Below, in pieces: positions 27,759 to 39,004 of a stretch of 50,734 nucleotides of DNA. The DNA comes from Flavobacteriales bacterium (GTDB lineage: Bacteria > Bacteroidota > Bacteroidia > Flavobacteriales > Flavobacteriaceae), in NCBI GenBank assembly GCA_043772885.1, contig JAYVFV010000079.1, forward strand, positions 1 to 50,734, in the 5' to 3' direction. Under the pieces are notes generated by a model, which saw only the letters and a program-made list of their open reading frames with translations, ran no database searches and had not been told where the DNA came from. A program made the translations under genes and the position numbers. The stretch's first letter is position 1; the number at the start of each line of letters is the position of its first letter.

Positions 27759-28670
27759 TTGAGAAAAAAAACAAAAGAAACTAGCTACTATTGAAGCTCC
27801 TAAAATAATTTCGTTTCTTAATTTGTATTGCGAATATTCTATAGTATTTGTAGCCATAACTGCTAATGGGAAAAATGTAAAAACCAAAATATCACTGCTT
27901 TTATTTGGTGAAAATATGAAAATCGCAATCCCAATAATAATAGCAAAAATCAACTTTTTATACGATGCTTGTAAATTTAATGGTTTGCTAGTTAATGAAA
28001 AAACCGAAGAAAAAACAAAAAATACTGCAAAAACGGTAAATATAGAAAGTGATAAATTTTGAAAAATATTCGTGAAATAATCAATTTCAAAATTAACTCT
28101 AGCATTTTCTAAGTAACTTCCAATTATTACTTTATCAAACAATAATGCGTAAGAAATAAAAATAACTAGTGTTGCAAAAAAAGCAACAAAAGGTAATAAC
28201 CAGTTTCTGTAATCTCGAGAGACGTGAAAGAAAATCGAAATATAAACTAATAAGATAAAAAGTAACGCCCAAAAATGAAACATACTGGCGACAAATATCC
28301 ATAACGAAGCATCAAAAATTTTCTCTTTTGGCGCTTTTAATGTTTGAAGAGAAACCAATCTTCGCATCGCTAAAAGAATAAAAAAGCCAGCTACAATTAA
28401 GTTTGTGTTTTTAAAAAGGGAAGGGAAAAACAGCAAGAAAAGCAAGAAAAACAATAAGGTATAACAACTGTCTTTTGTTAATACATTCTTTTTTACAATA
28501 AAATTACTGATAAATAAAGACGCTAATAACCCTAGAGTTTGAATGCTATTGGTATGCAAATCAGACGGTTTAGTATCATTAAATTGGTATAAAAAAAAGA
28601 ACGATAACAACAAAATTACTACCAAAGAATAATTTATTGGAGTAGATTTTTTAAAAATAGTTGTTATCAT
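27753..28670 (-). CDS. DUF6427 family polytopic membrane protein
   Basis: About 10 TMs; KIFDASLWI motif; position between upp and purD. Confidence 0.75.
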   Translation of the reverse strand: MITTIFKKSTPINYSLVVILLLSFFFLYQFNDTKPSDLHTNSIQTLGLLASLFISNFIVKKNVLTKDSCYTLLFFLLFLLFFPSLFKNTNLIVAGFFILLAMRRLVSLQTLKAPKEKIFDASLWIFVASMFHFWALLFILLVYISIFFHVSRDYRNWLLPFVAFFATLVIFISYALLFDKVIIGSYLENARVNFEIDYFTNIFQNLSLSIFTVFAVFFVFSSVFSLTSKPLNLQASYKKLIFAIIIGIAIFIFSPNKSSDILVFTFFPLAVMATNTIEYSQYKLRNEIILGASIVASFFCFFSQL

Positions 28671-28682
28671 AAGGATATTTTA

Positions 28683-28690
28683 TACTTTTG
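28683..28690 (+). promoter_or_regulatory. -7 promoter element TACTTTTG
   Basis: TAnnTTTG match upstream of ATG 28719. Confidence 0.5.
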
Positions 28691-28718
28691 TGGATGTAAA
28701 TATAACACTTGTTTAAAA

Positions 28719-28949
28719 ATGAGAGCATTTTTCGAAGGAATACAAACACTTTTTGTGGATTTTTTATTCAAACCTCTTGATTGGTTGCGTGCATTAGAAT
28801 TAGATAATTGGTGGTTGGCTAATATTGTTAGTTGGGTACTGATTCTAGTTTGTGCAAAATACACTATTTACTGGTGTAAAGAATTGCAAAAACATGCCGA
28901 TAACGGAGAAGAAAACCAAGATACAACGGCACATTCTTTTTTAAAGTAA
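28719..28949 (+). CDS. DUF6341 family small membrane protein
   Basis: FFEGIQ.LFV, WWLAN and TAHSFL motifs. Confidence 0.8.
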   Translation: MRAFFEGIQTLFVDFLFKPLDWLRALELDNWWLANIVSWVLILVCAKYTIYWCKELQKHADNGEENQDTTAHSFLK

Positions 28950-30215
28950 ATCATTGCCAATATCTTTTCTATAATACATCTTATCAAAATGTAGCTTTTC
29001 TATATTTTGATAAGATTTTTTTATTGCTTCTTGAAAAGTTGCACCGTATGATGTAACTGTCAAAACTCTTCCTCCATTACTTACTACATTTCCGTTTGCA
29101 TTTTTCGTACCTGCATGAAAAACAATCGAGTCGGTAACATCGTTTAATCCTGTAATTATTTTTCCTTTTTCATAGTCTTCTGGATAACCTCCTGAGACCA
29201 TCATTATTGTAGTTACACTTTGATCGTCAATTTCTAAAGAAACCTCGTCTAATTTTTCATCGGCAACCGCTTGAAATAAAGCCACTAAATCTGATTTTAT
29301 TCTCGGAATTACCACTTCCGTTTCTGGGTCACCCATTCTCACATTGTACTCAATTACAATTGGTTCACCTTTTACATTTATGAGTCCGATAAAAACAAAT
29401 CCTTTGTATTCGATTTTGTCTTTTTGCAAACCAGCAATGGTTGGTTTTACAATTCGATTTTCTATCTTCTCTAACAGAACCGAATCTGCAAATGGAACCG
29501 GAGAAACAGCTCCCATCCCACCCGTATTTAATCCAGTATCGCCTTCACCAATTCGTTTGTAATCTTTTGCTGTTGGAAGTATTTTATAATTTTTACCATC
29601 CGTAAGTACGAAGCAACTCAATTCAATTCCGTCTAAAAATTCTTCAATGACCACTTTTGAACTGGCTTCTCCAAACTTCGCATTTACCAACATTTCTCTC
29701 AATTCTGATTTTGCTTCTTCTAAATCTTGAATAATTAACACACCTTTTCCTGCGGCCAATCCGTCTGCTTTTAAAACATAGGGAGGTTGCAATGTTTCTA
29801 AAAAGGCACATCCTTTTTCTACAGTTGCTGGGGTAAAACTGTCATAAGCTGCGGTAGGAATTTGATGTTTAATCATAAATTCTTTAGCAAATTCTTTACT
29901 TCCTTCTAATTGTGCGCCGATTTTTGACGGACCAATAACGGATATGTTTTTTAATAAATCGTCATTTTTAAAATAATCATAAATTCCAAGAACCAAAGGG
30001 TCTTCTGGACCAACAACAACCATATCTATCGTTTCTTGAAGAACAAAATTTTTGATTGCTTCAAAATTAGTTGGAGATACATCCACATTTTTTGCTATTG
30101 ATGCTGTTCCAGCATTTCCGGGAGCCACAAAAAGTTGGGAACATTTTAAACTTTGAAGCATTTTCCACGCTAAGGCATGTTCTCTTCCCCCCGAACCAAG
30201 TAGTAAAATTCTCAT
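28941..30215 (-). CDS. purD: Phosphoribosylamine--glycine ligase
   Basis: MRILLLGSGGREHA, KADGLAAGKGV, NTGGMG and EYNVRMGDPE motifs. Start placed at ATG 30215. Confidence 0.98.
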   Translation of the reverse strand: MRILLLGSGGREHALAWKMLQSLKCSQLFVAPGNAGTASIAKNVDVSPTNFEAIKNFVLQETIDMVVVGPEDPLVLGIYDYFKNDDLLKNISVIGPSKIGAQLEGSKEFAKEFMIKHQIPTAAYDSFTPATVEKGCAFLETLQPPYVLKADGLAAGKGVLIIQDLEEAKSELREMLVNAKFGEASSKVVIEEFLDGIELSCFVLTDGKNYKILPTAKDYKRIGEGDTGLNTGGMGAVSPVPFADSVLLEKIENRIVKPTIAGLQKDKIEYKGFVFIGLINVKGEPIVIEYNVRMGDPETEVVIPRIKSDLVALFQAVADEKLDEVSLEIDDQSVTTIMMVSGGYPEDYEKGKIITGLNDVTDSIVFHAGTKNANGNVVSNGGRVLTVTSYGATFQEAIKKSYQNIEKLHFDKMYYRKDIGNDLL

Positions 30216-30233
30216 TGAATTGTATTTGATTGG

Positions 30234-30241
30234 CAAAAATA
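30234..30241 (-). promoter_or_regulatory. purD -7 promoter element TATTTTTG
   Basis: CAAAAATA on the + strand, 18 nt upstream of ATG 30215. Confidence 0.6.
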
Positions 30242-30295
30242 ATTTTTTTATATTCAAAATTGAAGTTAAAAAAAACAATTTAGAAATTATTTGAT

Positions 30296-30303
30296 TAAAT
30301 TTG
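30296..30303 (+). promoter_or_regulatory. -7 promoter element TAAATTTG
   Basis: Match upstream of ATG 30327; argues against the TTG start at 30291. Confidence 0.55.
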
Positions 30304-30326
30304 ATAAAATTCTAAATAATCAACTT

Positions 30327-31646
30327 ATGAAAAAATTATTACTTTTATTATTTATTCCTTTTTGTTCTATTGTTAATGCACAATGGACTTCGCAAGCTAC
30401 CGGATTTACAACTCCTTCACGAGGACTTAATGAAATCAAAATTGTAGATGCAAATATAGTTTGGGCAAAAGCTTATGATGGCAATGCTCCAACTGCCGTA
30501 ATTCAAGAATTTACAAGAACAGTAAACGGAGGAGCAAATTGGACTCCTGGAACTATTAATGTTGGAGATCCTGCCATAGGAATTAACAACATTTGTCCAA
30601 TTAGCGCAACCACTGCGTGGGTAAGTGCTGTACATCCAGTTACTGGAGCTGGAAGCGTTGTTTATAAAACATCAAATGCTGGCGTTAATTGGGATCAACA
30701 ACTTCCTCTCGGATTTACTTCTACAGGTTCGTTTGTTAACTTTGTTCATTTTTTTGATGCAAATATTGGATTTGCTATGGGTGATCCTGTTGGGGCTCCT
30801 TTAGAATTCGAAATTTGGAGAACAGTAAATGGTGGTGATAATTGGACTCAAGTTCCTGGAGCCAATATACCAAACCCTTCTGCAGCCGATGAATATGGTA
30901 TAAATGGTGGTAATGTAGTATTAGGTAATACTGTTTGGTTGGTAACCACCAAAGGACGTATATTAAAATCAACTGATTTGGGAATAACTTGGTCCGTTAC
31001 TCAAGCTCCATTAACACATTTTGGTAGTGCTGCACAAAGCGGACAACTTGATTTTAGCGATGCTAATAATGGTTGTTTGTTAAAAACTGTTGGAACTACA
31101 TATACTTATTATACTACAACAACCGGTGGTGCAAGTTGGTCTGCAGGAACCCCATTTACAGGCTCTCGACGAATTCTTACATATGTACCAGGAACAGCAA
31201 CAATTGTCGCTACAGGTGTTGGAGCTTTAGCAGGAACATCTGTTAGTGTAGACAATGGTGCTACATGGACAAGTGTTGAATCTGCTGACCAAAGAGGGGA
31301 AACTGCGATTTTAAATCTTACTACAGGTTGGACAGCTGGACTTAGTACAAACGCAACAACTGGTGGTGTTTTTAAATTAACTGGCCCATTGGCAAATACC
31401 TCTTTTGAACCAACATCTAACTTTACATTATATCCAAATCCAGTAAACAATACTATTACCATTTCAGTTATTGATATTGAATCGTATCAATTATCTGTTA
31501 CCGATTTAACGGGTAAAACTGTTTTAACTAAATCATTAAACGGAATTGAAAATACGCTTGACGTTTCTTCTCTTTCAAGTGGTGCTTATTTCTTTACATT
31601 GAATTCAGGCGACAAAAAAGAAACCGTAAAAATTATTAAGAATTAA
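30327..31646 (+). CDS. T9SS-secreted BNR/Asp-box beta-propeller protein (YCF48-like) with type A CTD
   Basis: Signal peptide; six S/T-x-D/N-x-G-x-x-W-type boxes; CTD LYPNPV...GAYF...KIIK. Confidence 0.85.
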   Translation: MKKLLLLLFIPFCSIVNAQWTSQATGFTTPSRGLNEIKIVDANIVWAKAYDGNAPTAVIQEFTRTVNGGANWTPGTINVGDPAIGINNICPISATTAWVSAVHPVTGAGSVVYKTSNAGVNWDQQLPLGFTSTGSFVNFVHFFDANIGFAMGDPVGAPLEFEIWRTVNGGDNWTQVPGANIPNPSAADEYGINGGNVVLGNTVWLVTTKGRILKSTDLGITWSVTQAPLTHFGSAAQSGQLDFSDANNGCLLKTVGTTYTYYTTTTGGASWSAGTPFTGSRRILTYVPGTATIVATGVGALAGTSVSVDNGATWTSVESADQRGETAILNLTTGWTAGLSTNATTGGVFKLTGPLANTSFEPTSNFTLYPNPVNNTITISVIDIESYQLSVTDLTGKTVLTKSLNGIENTLDVSSLSSGAYFFTLNSGDKKETVKIIKN

Positions 31647-31668
31647 TTCTAAATAAATACTTATTTTT

Positions 31669-31697
31669 AAGGGCTGACATTTGTTAGCCCTTTTTTT
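31669..31697 (+). terminator. Intrinsic terminator
   Basis: AAGGGCTGACA-TT-TGTTAGCCCTT stem followed by a T tract. Confidence 0.8.
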
Positions 31698-31704
31698 ATT
31701 TTAT

Positions 31705-33048
31705 ATGCTAAATCTTTTTCAATATACTTTACGTATTAATGGATTTCCGTTAAAGGAAGCAATGGCTGAATTTAAAAAAATCCAATCTATTACTGAAATT
31801 GACATTGAAAATTTTACAACTGAAAAGAAAAAAACAATTGTTGAGTTTCATTTAAAAAACAATAAATCCTATCAAGATCTTGTTGGAAAATATAGTTTTG
31901 AAAACTGGAATGAACTTCCAATAATGACCAAAAAAGATTTTCAAAAACCATTATATCAGCGGCTTTCTAAAGGATTTACAACTAAAAATGTTTACGTTAA
32001 CAAAACATCGGGTTCTAGCGGCGATCCTTTTGTTTTCGCCAAAGATAAATACTGTCATGCGTTAACTTGGGCAAATATTATCAATCGTTTTGGATGGTTT
32101 GAAATCGATTTCAATTCGTCATTACAAGCGCGTTTTTATGGCATTCCGTTAGATTATATTGGAAATAAAAAAGAACGCATTAAAGACTTTTTAAGCCATC
32201 GCTATCGTTTTCCTATTTTTGATTTATCGGATGTGATTTTAGAAACCGTTCTAAAAAAATTTCGAAATAAAAAGTTTGATTACATTAATGGTTACACCAG
32301 TTCTGTTGTTTTATTTGCTAAATTTTTACAACAAAAAAACATCGTTTTAAAATCGGTTTGTCCGACTTTAAAATGCTGCATCGTAACTTCTGAAATGCTT
32401 TTTGAAGATGATAAAATACTCATGCAAAAGTTTTTCGGTGTCCCAATTATAAATGAATATGGTGCTTCCGAATTGGATTTAATTGCCTTTCAAAATAGAG
32501 ATGGCGATTGGCAAGTAAATTCAGAAACACTTTTTGTAGAAATTTTGGATAATGAAAATAATGTGCTGCCTTACGGAAATGAAGGTCGTGTTGTAATTAC
32601 TTCTCTTTACAATAAAGCGCATCCGTTTATCCGTTATGACATCGGTGATATCGGAATATTAGATGAAAGAAGTACCTTAAAAAAACCGATTCTAAAAAAA
32701 TTAATCGGACGAACAAACGACATTGCTATTTTACCTAGCGGAAAAATATCGCCTGGTTTAACTTTTTACTACGTAACCAAAAGTATCATTAAAGACGACG
32801 GAAATGTAAAAGAATTTATCATTATCCAATCTAAAATCGATACTTTTGATATTGAATATGTAAGCCAAACAACATTAACCGAAAATCAAATTTCAGCTAT
32901 AGAAAAAGCCATAGCCACTTATTTAGAAAGTGGTTTAACATTTACATTTACTAGAAAAGAAAAATTAGAAAGAAGCAAAAGCGGTAAATTGAAACAATTT
33001 GTTTCGTTAGTTAATAATGATTCTGAAATAAATTCAGCAAACGTATGA
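31705..33048 (+). CDS. Phenylacetate-CoA ligase family (CapK-like) adenylating enzyme
   Basis: KTSGSSG, EYGASE, RYDIGD, GRTND and SGKLK ANL-superfamily motifs. Start at ATG 31705. Confidence 0.88.
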   Translation: MLNLFQYTLRINGFPLKEAMAEFKKIQSITEIDIENFTTEKKKTIVEFHLKNNKSYQDLVGKYSFENWNELPIMTKKDFQKPLYQRLSKGFTTKNVYVNKTSGSSGDPFVFAKDKYCHALTWANIINRFGWFEIDFNSSLQARFYGIPLDYIGNKKERIKDFLSHRYRFPIFDLSDVILETVLKKFRNKKFDYINGYTSSVVLFAKFLQQKNIVLKSVCPTLKCCIVTSEMLFEDDKILMQKFFGVPIINEYGASELDLIAFQNRDGDWQVNSETLFVEILDNENNVLPYGNEGRVVITSLYNKAHPFIRYDIGDIGILDERSTLKKPILKKLIGRTNDIAILPSGKISPGLTFYYVTKSIIKDDGNVKEFIIIQSKIDTFDIEYVSQTTLTENQISAIEKAIATYLESGLTFTFTRKEKLERSKSGKLKQFVSLVNNDSEINSANV

Positions 33049-34130
33049 AAATCACTATAGTCGCCGGCGCAAGACCCAATTTTATTAAAATAGCACCTAT
33101 TATCAAAGCGATTGAAAAGAAACAATCGGAAGGAGCAAATGTGTCCTTTCGATTGGTACATACTGGTCAACATTACGATAAAAATTTGAGTGCTACTTTT
33201 TTTGAAGAATTGAATATTCCACATCCAAATACTAATTTAGAAGTGAAAAGCGGCTCACAATCGATTCAAACTGCAGCGATTATGATCGCTTTTGAAGAAG
33301 AGTTAATACAAAATTCATGTGATTTAGTTTTGGTTGTTGGCGATGTTAATTCTACTATGGCTTGCGCAATTGTAGCAAAAAAATTAAATATAAAAGTGGC
33401 GCATGTTGAAGCCGGAATTCGCTCTGGCGACATGACTATGCCCGAAGAAATTAATAGAATTGTTACTGATAGCATTACCGATTATTTCTTTACTACCTCT
33501 ACTTCTGCATCCGAAAATTTAATTAAAAATGGTGCCGATTCGTCTGCTATTCATTTTGTGGGTAATGTAATGATTGACACATTATATCAAAATTTAAATC
33601 GGATTTCGGAGCCTTCTTTTTGGAAAGAATTTGGTTTAAAACCCGAAAGTTATATTGTTTTGACTTTGCATCGTCCGTCTAATGTAGATGAAGAGCAATC
33701 GTTAATTCAGTTGCTAGAAGGAATTGACAAAATGGTCGCAACAAAAAAAGTAATTTTTCCTATTCATCCAAGAACAAAAGCGGTTTTGGGAGAAACCTCT
33801 TTAAATTTAAAAAACATTGTATTTGTAGAACCTCAAGGTTATTTGCATTTTATGTTTTTAATAAAAAATAGTTTTGCTGTAATTACCGATTCGGGAGGAA
33901 TTTCGGAAGAAACAACTGTTTTGGGAATTCCGTGTTTTACCATGCGGAATACTACCGAAAGACCCGAAACGGAAACTATCGGAACCAATACATTAGTGGG
34001 CACATCTATCGAAAATTTACAAAAAATATTTGGCAAATTTCTACAAAATGAACCTCGTAAAGCTGGTATTCCTGAATTGTGGGACGGAAAAGCTTCCGAA
34101 AGAATAATTGACATTTTACTTACTAAATAA
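33045..34130 (+). CDS. wecB: Non-hydrolysing UDP-N-acetylglucosamine 2-epimerase
   Basis: GARPNFIK, HTGQHYD, HVEAGIRS, PEEINR and TDSGG motifs. Confidence 0.93.
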   Translation: MKITIVAGARPNFIKIAPIIKAIEKKQSEGANVSFRLVHTGQHYDKNLSATFFEELNIPHPNTNLEVKSGSQSIQTAAIMIAFEEELIQNSCDLVLVVGDVNSTMACAIVAKKLNIKVAHVEAGIRSGDMTMPEEINRIVTDSITDYFFTTSTSASENLIKNGADSSAIHFVGNVMIDTLYQNLNRISEPSFWKEFGLKPESYIVLTLHRPSNVDEEQSLIQLLEGIDKMVATKKVIFPIHPRTKAVLGETSLNLKNIVFVEPQGYLHFMFLIKNSFAVITDSGGISEETTVLGIPCFTMRNTTERPETETIGTNTLVGTSIENLQKIFGKFLQNEPRKAGIPELWDGKASERIIDILLTK

Positions 34131-34154
34131 AACACCGAAACACGTTTGGCATAT

Positions 34155-35339
34155 ATGGAAGAAATCGTAATCATATCCAATTATTATCCGCCAGAAAAAG
34201 GTGCTGCCGCTAATAGAATTGAGCAGTTGGCTATAAAACTAAATCAAAATGATTATAAAGTTACTGTTTTATGTCCGTTAGGAAATTACCCAAAAGGCGA
34301 ATTGTTTCCCGAATATAAAAGCAAGTTTTTTGTAACCGAAAATCACGATAACATAACGGTAAAACGTCTTTGGATATATCCAAGTATTAGCACCTCTATT
34401 TTGGTTCGAATTTTTTCTATTTTGTCATTTTCTACGTGTCTGTTTTTCTATTTATTGTTTAAAAAAGTACCCAGAAAAGTAGTCATACAATCGCCTCCTT
34501 TGTTTATTTCTTTTATTTCGGTTTTGGTACTTTCTTTAAAGCGAAAAAAAATTATTTTAAATATATCCGATTTATGGCCTTTGGCGGCAATTGAATTAAA
34601 AGCTTTAAAAAGAAATTCTTTTTCGCATAAAATTTCACTGTTTTTAGAACAATTTATTTATAAAAAAGCAACCGTTATTTTAGGGCAATCGGATGAAATT
34701 ATAAAACACGTTCATAACATTTTTCCTGAAAAGAAATGTTATTTGTATCGCAATTTTCCGGATCATAGTTCGGCAACTATGGATTTAATTACTAATGAAA
34801 AAGAACCTATTAAACTATTTTACGCGGGACTTTTAGGAGTGGCTCAAGGCGTTTTAGAATTGTGTGAAAAAATCGATATAAAAAATCTAAATATTGAGTT
34901 ACATCTATTTGGAGATGGCGCTGAAAAAAAACAAATAGAAGCATTTGTTTTGTCTAAAAAAGAACCGAAAATTTTCTTTTATGGAATGCTAGATCGACAA
35001 GCATTACATGAAAAAATAAAAACCTTTGACATTGCAATTGTGCCATTAAAAACAAGGATTTATGGTTCGGTTCCTTCAAAAATTTTTGAATATGGTGCTT
35101 TGGGATTTCCGATTTTGTATTTTGGTGGTGGTGAAGGTGAGATGATTATAAAAGAAAATAATCTGGGTTGGATTGTGGAAGTTGGAGGTTATCAAGATTT
35201 AAATGAAACGCTTTTACTCATTTCAAAAATAGAAAAATCGGAATTATATCTTATGAAGAAAAGAATATTTAAAGAGGTAAAAATGGTATTTGATTTAGAT
35301 TGTCAAATGAAAAACTTAATTACAGAAAACGTTTTTTAA
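34155..35339 (+). CDS. Glycosyltransferase family 4 (WbuB-like)
   Basis: NYYPPE, DLWP, YAG.LG.AQG and PSKIFEY motifs. Confidence 0.9.
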   Translation: MEEIVIISNYYPPEKGAAANRIEQLAIKLNQNDYKVTVLCPLGNYPKGELFPEYKSKFFVTENHDNITVKRLWIYPSISTSILVRIFSILSFSTCLFFYLLFKKVPRKVVIQSPPLFISFISVLVLSLKRKKIILNISDLWPLAAIELKALKRNSFSHKISLFLEQFIYKKATVILGQSDEIIKHVHNIFPEKKCYLYRNFPDHSSATMDLITNEKEPIKLFYAGLLGVAQGVLELCEKIDIKNLNIELHLFGDGAEKKQIEAFVLSKKEPKIFFYGMLDRQALHEKIKTFDIAIVPLKTRIYGSVPSKIFEYGALGFPILYFGGGEGEMIIKENNLGWIVEVGGYQDLNETLLLISKIEKSELYLMKKRIFKEVKMVFDLDCQMKNLITENVF

Positions 35340-36703
35340 TACGCCTTTTCTTCGCCTTTTACAATATTAATAACGGTTTGGATTATGATTTTAAAATCCA
35401 TAACAATCGACCAATTTTCGATATAAAAAACATCTAATTTTATTCGGTTAATCATGTCTTCATCGGTTTCAATTTCGCCTCTAAATCCTTTTACCTGAGC
35501 CAAACCGGTAATGCCGGGTTTCACATAATGACGCACCATGTATTTTTTTATCTTTGTAGCATATGCTTTATTTTGAGACCATAAGTGAGGCCTTGGACCA
35601 ACTACCGACATTTCTCCTAATAATACATTTAAAAATTGTGGAAGTTCATCAATACTTGTTTTACGCATAAATTTTCCCGTTTTTGTTACGCGAGGATCAT
35701 TTTTTGATGCTTCACTCTCGGTAGTTTTATTAATATGCATCGAGCGAAATTTATAACAAAAAAATTCTTCTTCATCTAAACCTGGTCTGCCTTGTTTAAA
35801 GAAAACGGGGCCTTTTGTTTCAATTTTAATAAAGAGTGCTAATACTGGAATTAGCCATGATAATAATAAAAAAATAACTAATAAAGAAAAAACAACATCA
35901 AAACCTCTTTTTATGATTTTAATTATTGGCTGATGTAATTGTGTTTTTTGTAAAGAAAGTACAGGGAAAAGTTCGTAATAATCTATTTTTAGATTTTTTG
36001 AATAGATTTCTTTTGAATCGGGAATAAACTTTATTGTTTTATTATTATCGTCTGCGAACTCAACTAAATCTTTTAATTTTTCATTCGAAATTTCATTTAA
36101 AGAACAATATATTTCATCAATTTTATTGTCTAAAACATACTGCTTTAAATCTTCTATTTTCCCTTTAACTTCTGGATTTTGTTTTTTATCTGAAAAGAAG
36201 CCTTGAAAACGGTAACCATAATCTTGTCTGGTTTCAAAAACTTCTTTTAATTTTATTGACTCTGGTGAATATCCTATAATTACTGCATTTCTATAATTAC
36301 CTCCTGTTACAATTCGGTATTTTTTTAGGTAAAAAAACAAAAAATATTTAATTAATATAATTAATAAAAAACTAATTATCATAAAAAAAGCGATGGCTTT
36401 ACCACTAAATACAACCGTTTTAGCAAATGGGAAAAAGGCAATTACAACCAATAAAAAAATACTGAATTGTTTGCATAATTTTGAAATAATTTCGACAGGA
36501 GTAGTAAAGCGATATACTTCGTAAAATCGGACAATTAAGGCAATAATTATCCAAGAAAATGTTTGATATAGTAAATAATACAGACAGTTAAGATTTAACT
36601 CCTTAAAGAAGAATAAACTTAACGATGAAATTATTATTAGATCAAAAATAACGCTAATTGGCCTAATGTATTTTGAATATCTTCCTGTTTGCTGTGCAAC
36701 CAT
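35336..36703 (-). CDS. Undecaprenyl-phosphate hexose-1-phosphate transferase (WcaJ/WbaP family)
   Basis: N-terminal TMs; KFRSM, DELPQF, VGPRP and [10 protein letters not shown] motifs. Confidence 0.93.
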   Translation of the reverse strand: MVAQQTGRYSKYIRPISVIFDLIIISSLSLFFFKELNLNCLYYLLYQTFSWIIIALIVRFYEVYRFTTPVEIISKLCKQFSIFLLVVIAFFPFAKTVVFSGKAIAFFMIISFLLIILIKYFLFFYLKKYRIVTGGNYRNAVIIGYSPESIKLKEVFETRQDYGYRFQGFFSDKKQNPEVKGKIEDLKQYVLDNKIDEIYCSLNEISNEKLKDLVEFADDNNKTIKFIPDSKEIYSKNLKIDYYELFPVLSLQKTQLHQPIIKIIKRGFDVVFSLLVIFLLLSWLIPVLALFIKIETKGPVFFKQGRPGLDEEEFFCYKFRSMHINKTTESEASKNDPRVTKTGKFMRKTSIDELPQFLNVLLGEMSVVGPRPHLWSQNKAYATKIKKYMVRHYVKPGITGLAQVKGFRGEIETDEDMINRIKLDVFYIENWSIVMDFKIIIQTVINIVKGEEKAY

Positions 36704-36704
36704 A

Positions 36705-37688
36705 TTAATGAATATATCCTTTAAAATCTTTATGCTCTTCTTTTAAAAGTTCTTCTGAAGATAAGGATTTGAAATAATCATAGGTTAATTTCATTCCTAC
36801 TTCTCGATTTACTTTGGCGCTCCAACCTAAAATGTTTTTTGCTTTAGTAGTGTCGGGTTGTCTTTGTAACGGATCATTTATTGGTAAAGGATGGTAGACT
36901 ACTTTTTGACTTGTTCCTGTTAATTTAATGATTTCATCTGCAAAATCCTTTATTGTTATTTCATCTGGATTTCCAATATTTACTGGATATACATAATCAG
37001 AATGCAACAACTTAAAAATACCTTCGACTTGATCGGTTACATAACAAAAAGAACGGGTTTGACTACCGTCTCCAAAAATAGTTAAATCTTCTCCGCGCAA
37101 AGCTTGACCAATAAAAGCAGGAATCACCCTTCCATCGTTTAAGCGCATTCTTGGGCCATAAGTATTAAAAATTCTCACAATTCTAGTCTCAACTCCATGA
37201 AACGTATGGTATGCCATTGTTATGGATTCTTGAAACCGCTTTGCTTCATCATAAACGCCTCTTGGTCCTATTGTATTTACATTGCCATAATATTCTTCCG
37301 TTTGTGGGTGAATTAATGGATCGCCATAAATTTCAGATGTTGATGCAATAAGAATTCTTGCCTTTTTTACTCTCGCTAAACCAAGTAAATTGTGCGTTCC
37401 TAAAGACCCAACTTTTAATGTTTGAATTGGAATTTTTAAATAATCAATCGGACTTGCAGGTGATGCAAAGTGTAGTATATAATCCAAATCACCGGGGACA
37501 TGAACAAATTTTGTTACGTCGTGATGGTAAAATTCAAAGTTTTTAAGTTTAAATAGATGCTCAATATTCTTTAAATCTCCTGTAATAAGATTATCCATTC
37601 CTATAACAAAATAGCCCTCAGCAATAAATCGATCACAAAGATGAGAGCCCAAGAAACCCGCTGCTCCCGTTATTAATATTCTTTTCAT
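36705..37688 (-). CDS. UDP-glucuronic acid decarboxylase (UDP-xylose synthase) family SDR
   Basis: [28 protein letters not shown] and [10 protein letters not shown] motifs. Confidence 0.92.
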   Translation of the reverse strand: MKRILITGAAGFLGSHLCDRFIAEGYFVIGMDNLITGDLKNIEHLFKLKNFEFYHHDVTKFVHVPGDLDYILHFASPASPIDYLKIPIQTLKVGSLGTHNLLGLARVKKARILIASTSEIYGDPLIHPQTEEYYGNVNTIGPRGVYDEAKRFQESITMAYHTFHGVETRIVRIFNTYGPRMRLNDGRVIPAFIGQALRGEDLTIFGDGSQTRSFCYVTDQVEGIFKLLHSDYVYPVNIGNPDEITIKDFADEIIKLTGTSQKVVYHPLPINDPLQRQPDTTKAKNILGWSAKVNREVGMKLTYDYFKSLSSEELLKEEHKDFKGYIH

Positions 37689-37690
37689 TT

Positions 37691-39004
37691 TTATTCTTTT
37701 ATGGAGTCTTTTTTTACAATTCCCGAATTAAACAAACAAAACATTAGTGTAAAAAAAACAATTCCTCTTTGTCTTGACAAAAAAGATTCCGTCAAAAATA
37801 AGCTTATCATTAGAACTGCAAAAGAAAATTGTACAAAATGTTTCGTTTTAATAGCATTTTTAAGATTAATCGCTAAAAGTAATAGCAATAATACAAATCC
37901 TACAACTCCCAATTCTGCAAAAATCTGAATGTACTGATTGTGAAAGTTGTAGTTACCATAATCGGGATACAAATTGTGTTCGATTCGCTTTTGCTCTATT
38001 TTATCGTGTGTGGCATTTAAACCATATCCGGTAAAAAAACTATTGTCTTCTTGCAGCATTTCCAAAAAAATCCTTATTTGATATACTCGTAATGCTGTAC
38101 CAGGAAAGTAATCATTAAGTTGGAATTTTTCTTTTGTCCACGCATCTTTAATGTTGACATTATAAACCAAACCGTGTTGATTGCTTATTTCATTATTAAC
38201 AGAATGTGCTACTTTGTTGGAATTGATTTCAATTGCAAATCGCTCTTTTATTTTTCCATAAAAAAGAATTCCAATTACTGCTATCGTCAATAGTGCTATG
38301 TACTTTCTGCTTTTGCTAAACTTAATTTTTGATGCCATAAAATAACAAGCAAACAACAAAAGAATAAAGATGACAATAACGTTCTTGGATGACAATAAAA
38401 ATAGCAAGAGTAATAAAATGAAAATAGCTATTTTATCAATTATCAATTTTTGCTTTTTTAGAAAAAACCAAAAAAAAGCGATAGAAATATAAATAGAAAC
38501 ATGAATCGCATTGACATCAAAAGTTACCAATTCATGATAGAAAAAAACATTAGAATCTTTAGTTATGCTATATCTGATAATCGCTTTAATCAAATAAAAT
38601 AAAGCATATCCAAAAAAGGAATAAGAGAAATATTGCATTATTTTATTCGTTTCTTTTTCTAAAAGAGGTGGATTTAAAAAAAAACAAAACGGAATCAAAA
38701 CCAATGACAATTCTTTTAATAATGCTTGCGTGGTTATACTACTATCGATTGTCCACAGCAGTGATACCGCCATTAATCCGTAAAGTAAAACCGGTAAAAT
38801 TAGATTTTTTCGGAAGTGAAATTGTTTTTTTCTTAACTGATATAACGAAAATGCAACGAATAAAATTAAGGAAATGCTATTGTATTTGTAATCTAAAGGA
38901 AGTGTAATTAAAATTAAGGCAATAAATGCAACAGAAGGATTATTTTGTATTTCCTCTTTTTCCTTTCCTACTACATTCTTCAAATAATTGTAAGTACTCA
39001 CCAT
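37691..39004 (-). CDS. O-antigen ligase (WaaL/Wzy_C) family membrane protein
   Basis: Polytopic; LSSK; periplasmic loop with GYG and FHNQYIQ...ELGVVG. Confidence 0.85.
   Translation of the reverse strand: MVSTYNYLKNVVGKEKEEIQNNPSVAFIALILITLPLDYKYNSISLILFVAFSLYQLRKKQFHFRKNLILPVLLYGLMAVSLLWTIDSSITTQALLKELSLVLIPFCFFLNPPLLEKETNKIMQYFSYSFFGYALFYLIKAIIRYSITKDSNVFFYHELVTFDVNAIHVSIYISIAFFWFFLKKQKLIIDKIAIFILLLLLFLLSSKNVIVIFILLLFACYFMASKIKFSKSRKYIALLTIAVIGILFYGKIKERFAIEINSNKVAHSVNNEISNQHGLVYNVNIKDAWTKEKFQLNDYFPGTALRVYQIRIFLEMLQEDNSFFTGYGLNATHDKIEQKRIEHNLYPDYGNYNFHNQYIQIFAELGVVGFVLLLLLLAINLKNAIKTKHFVQFSFAVLMISLFLTESFLSRQRGIVFFTLMFCLFNSGIVKKDSIKE

Noticed and set aside
25359-28949. Short 3' overlaps of convergent genes (25359-25374, 27753-27758, 28941-28949)
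   Set aside because: Common in compact AT-rich genomes; no further signal.
24322-33048. PaaE-like reductase plus PaaK-like ligase as a phenylacetate pathway
   Set aside because: They are 6 kb apart in unrelated contexts and no paaABCD genes are present.
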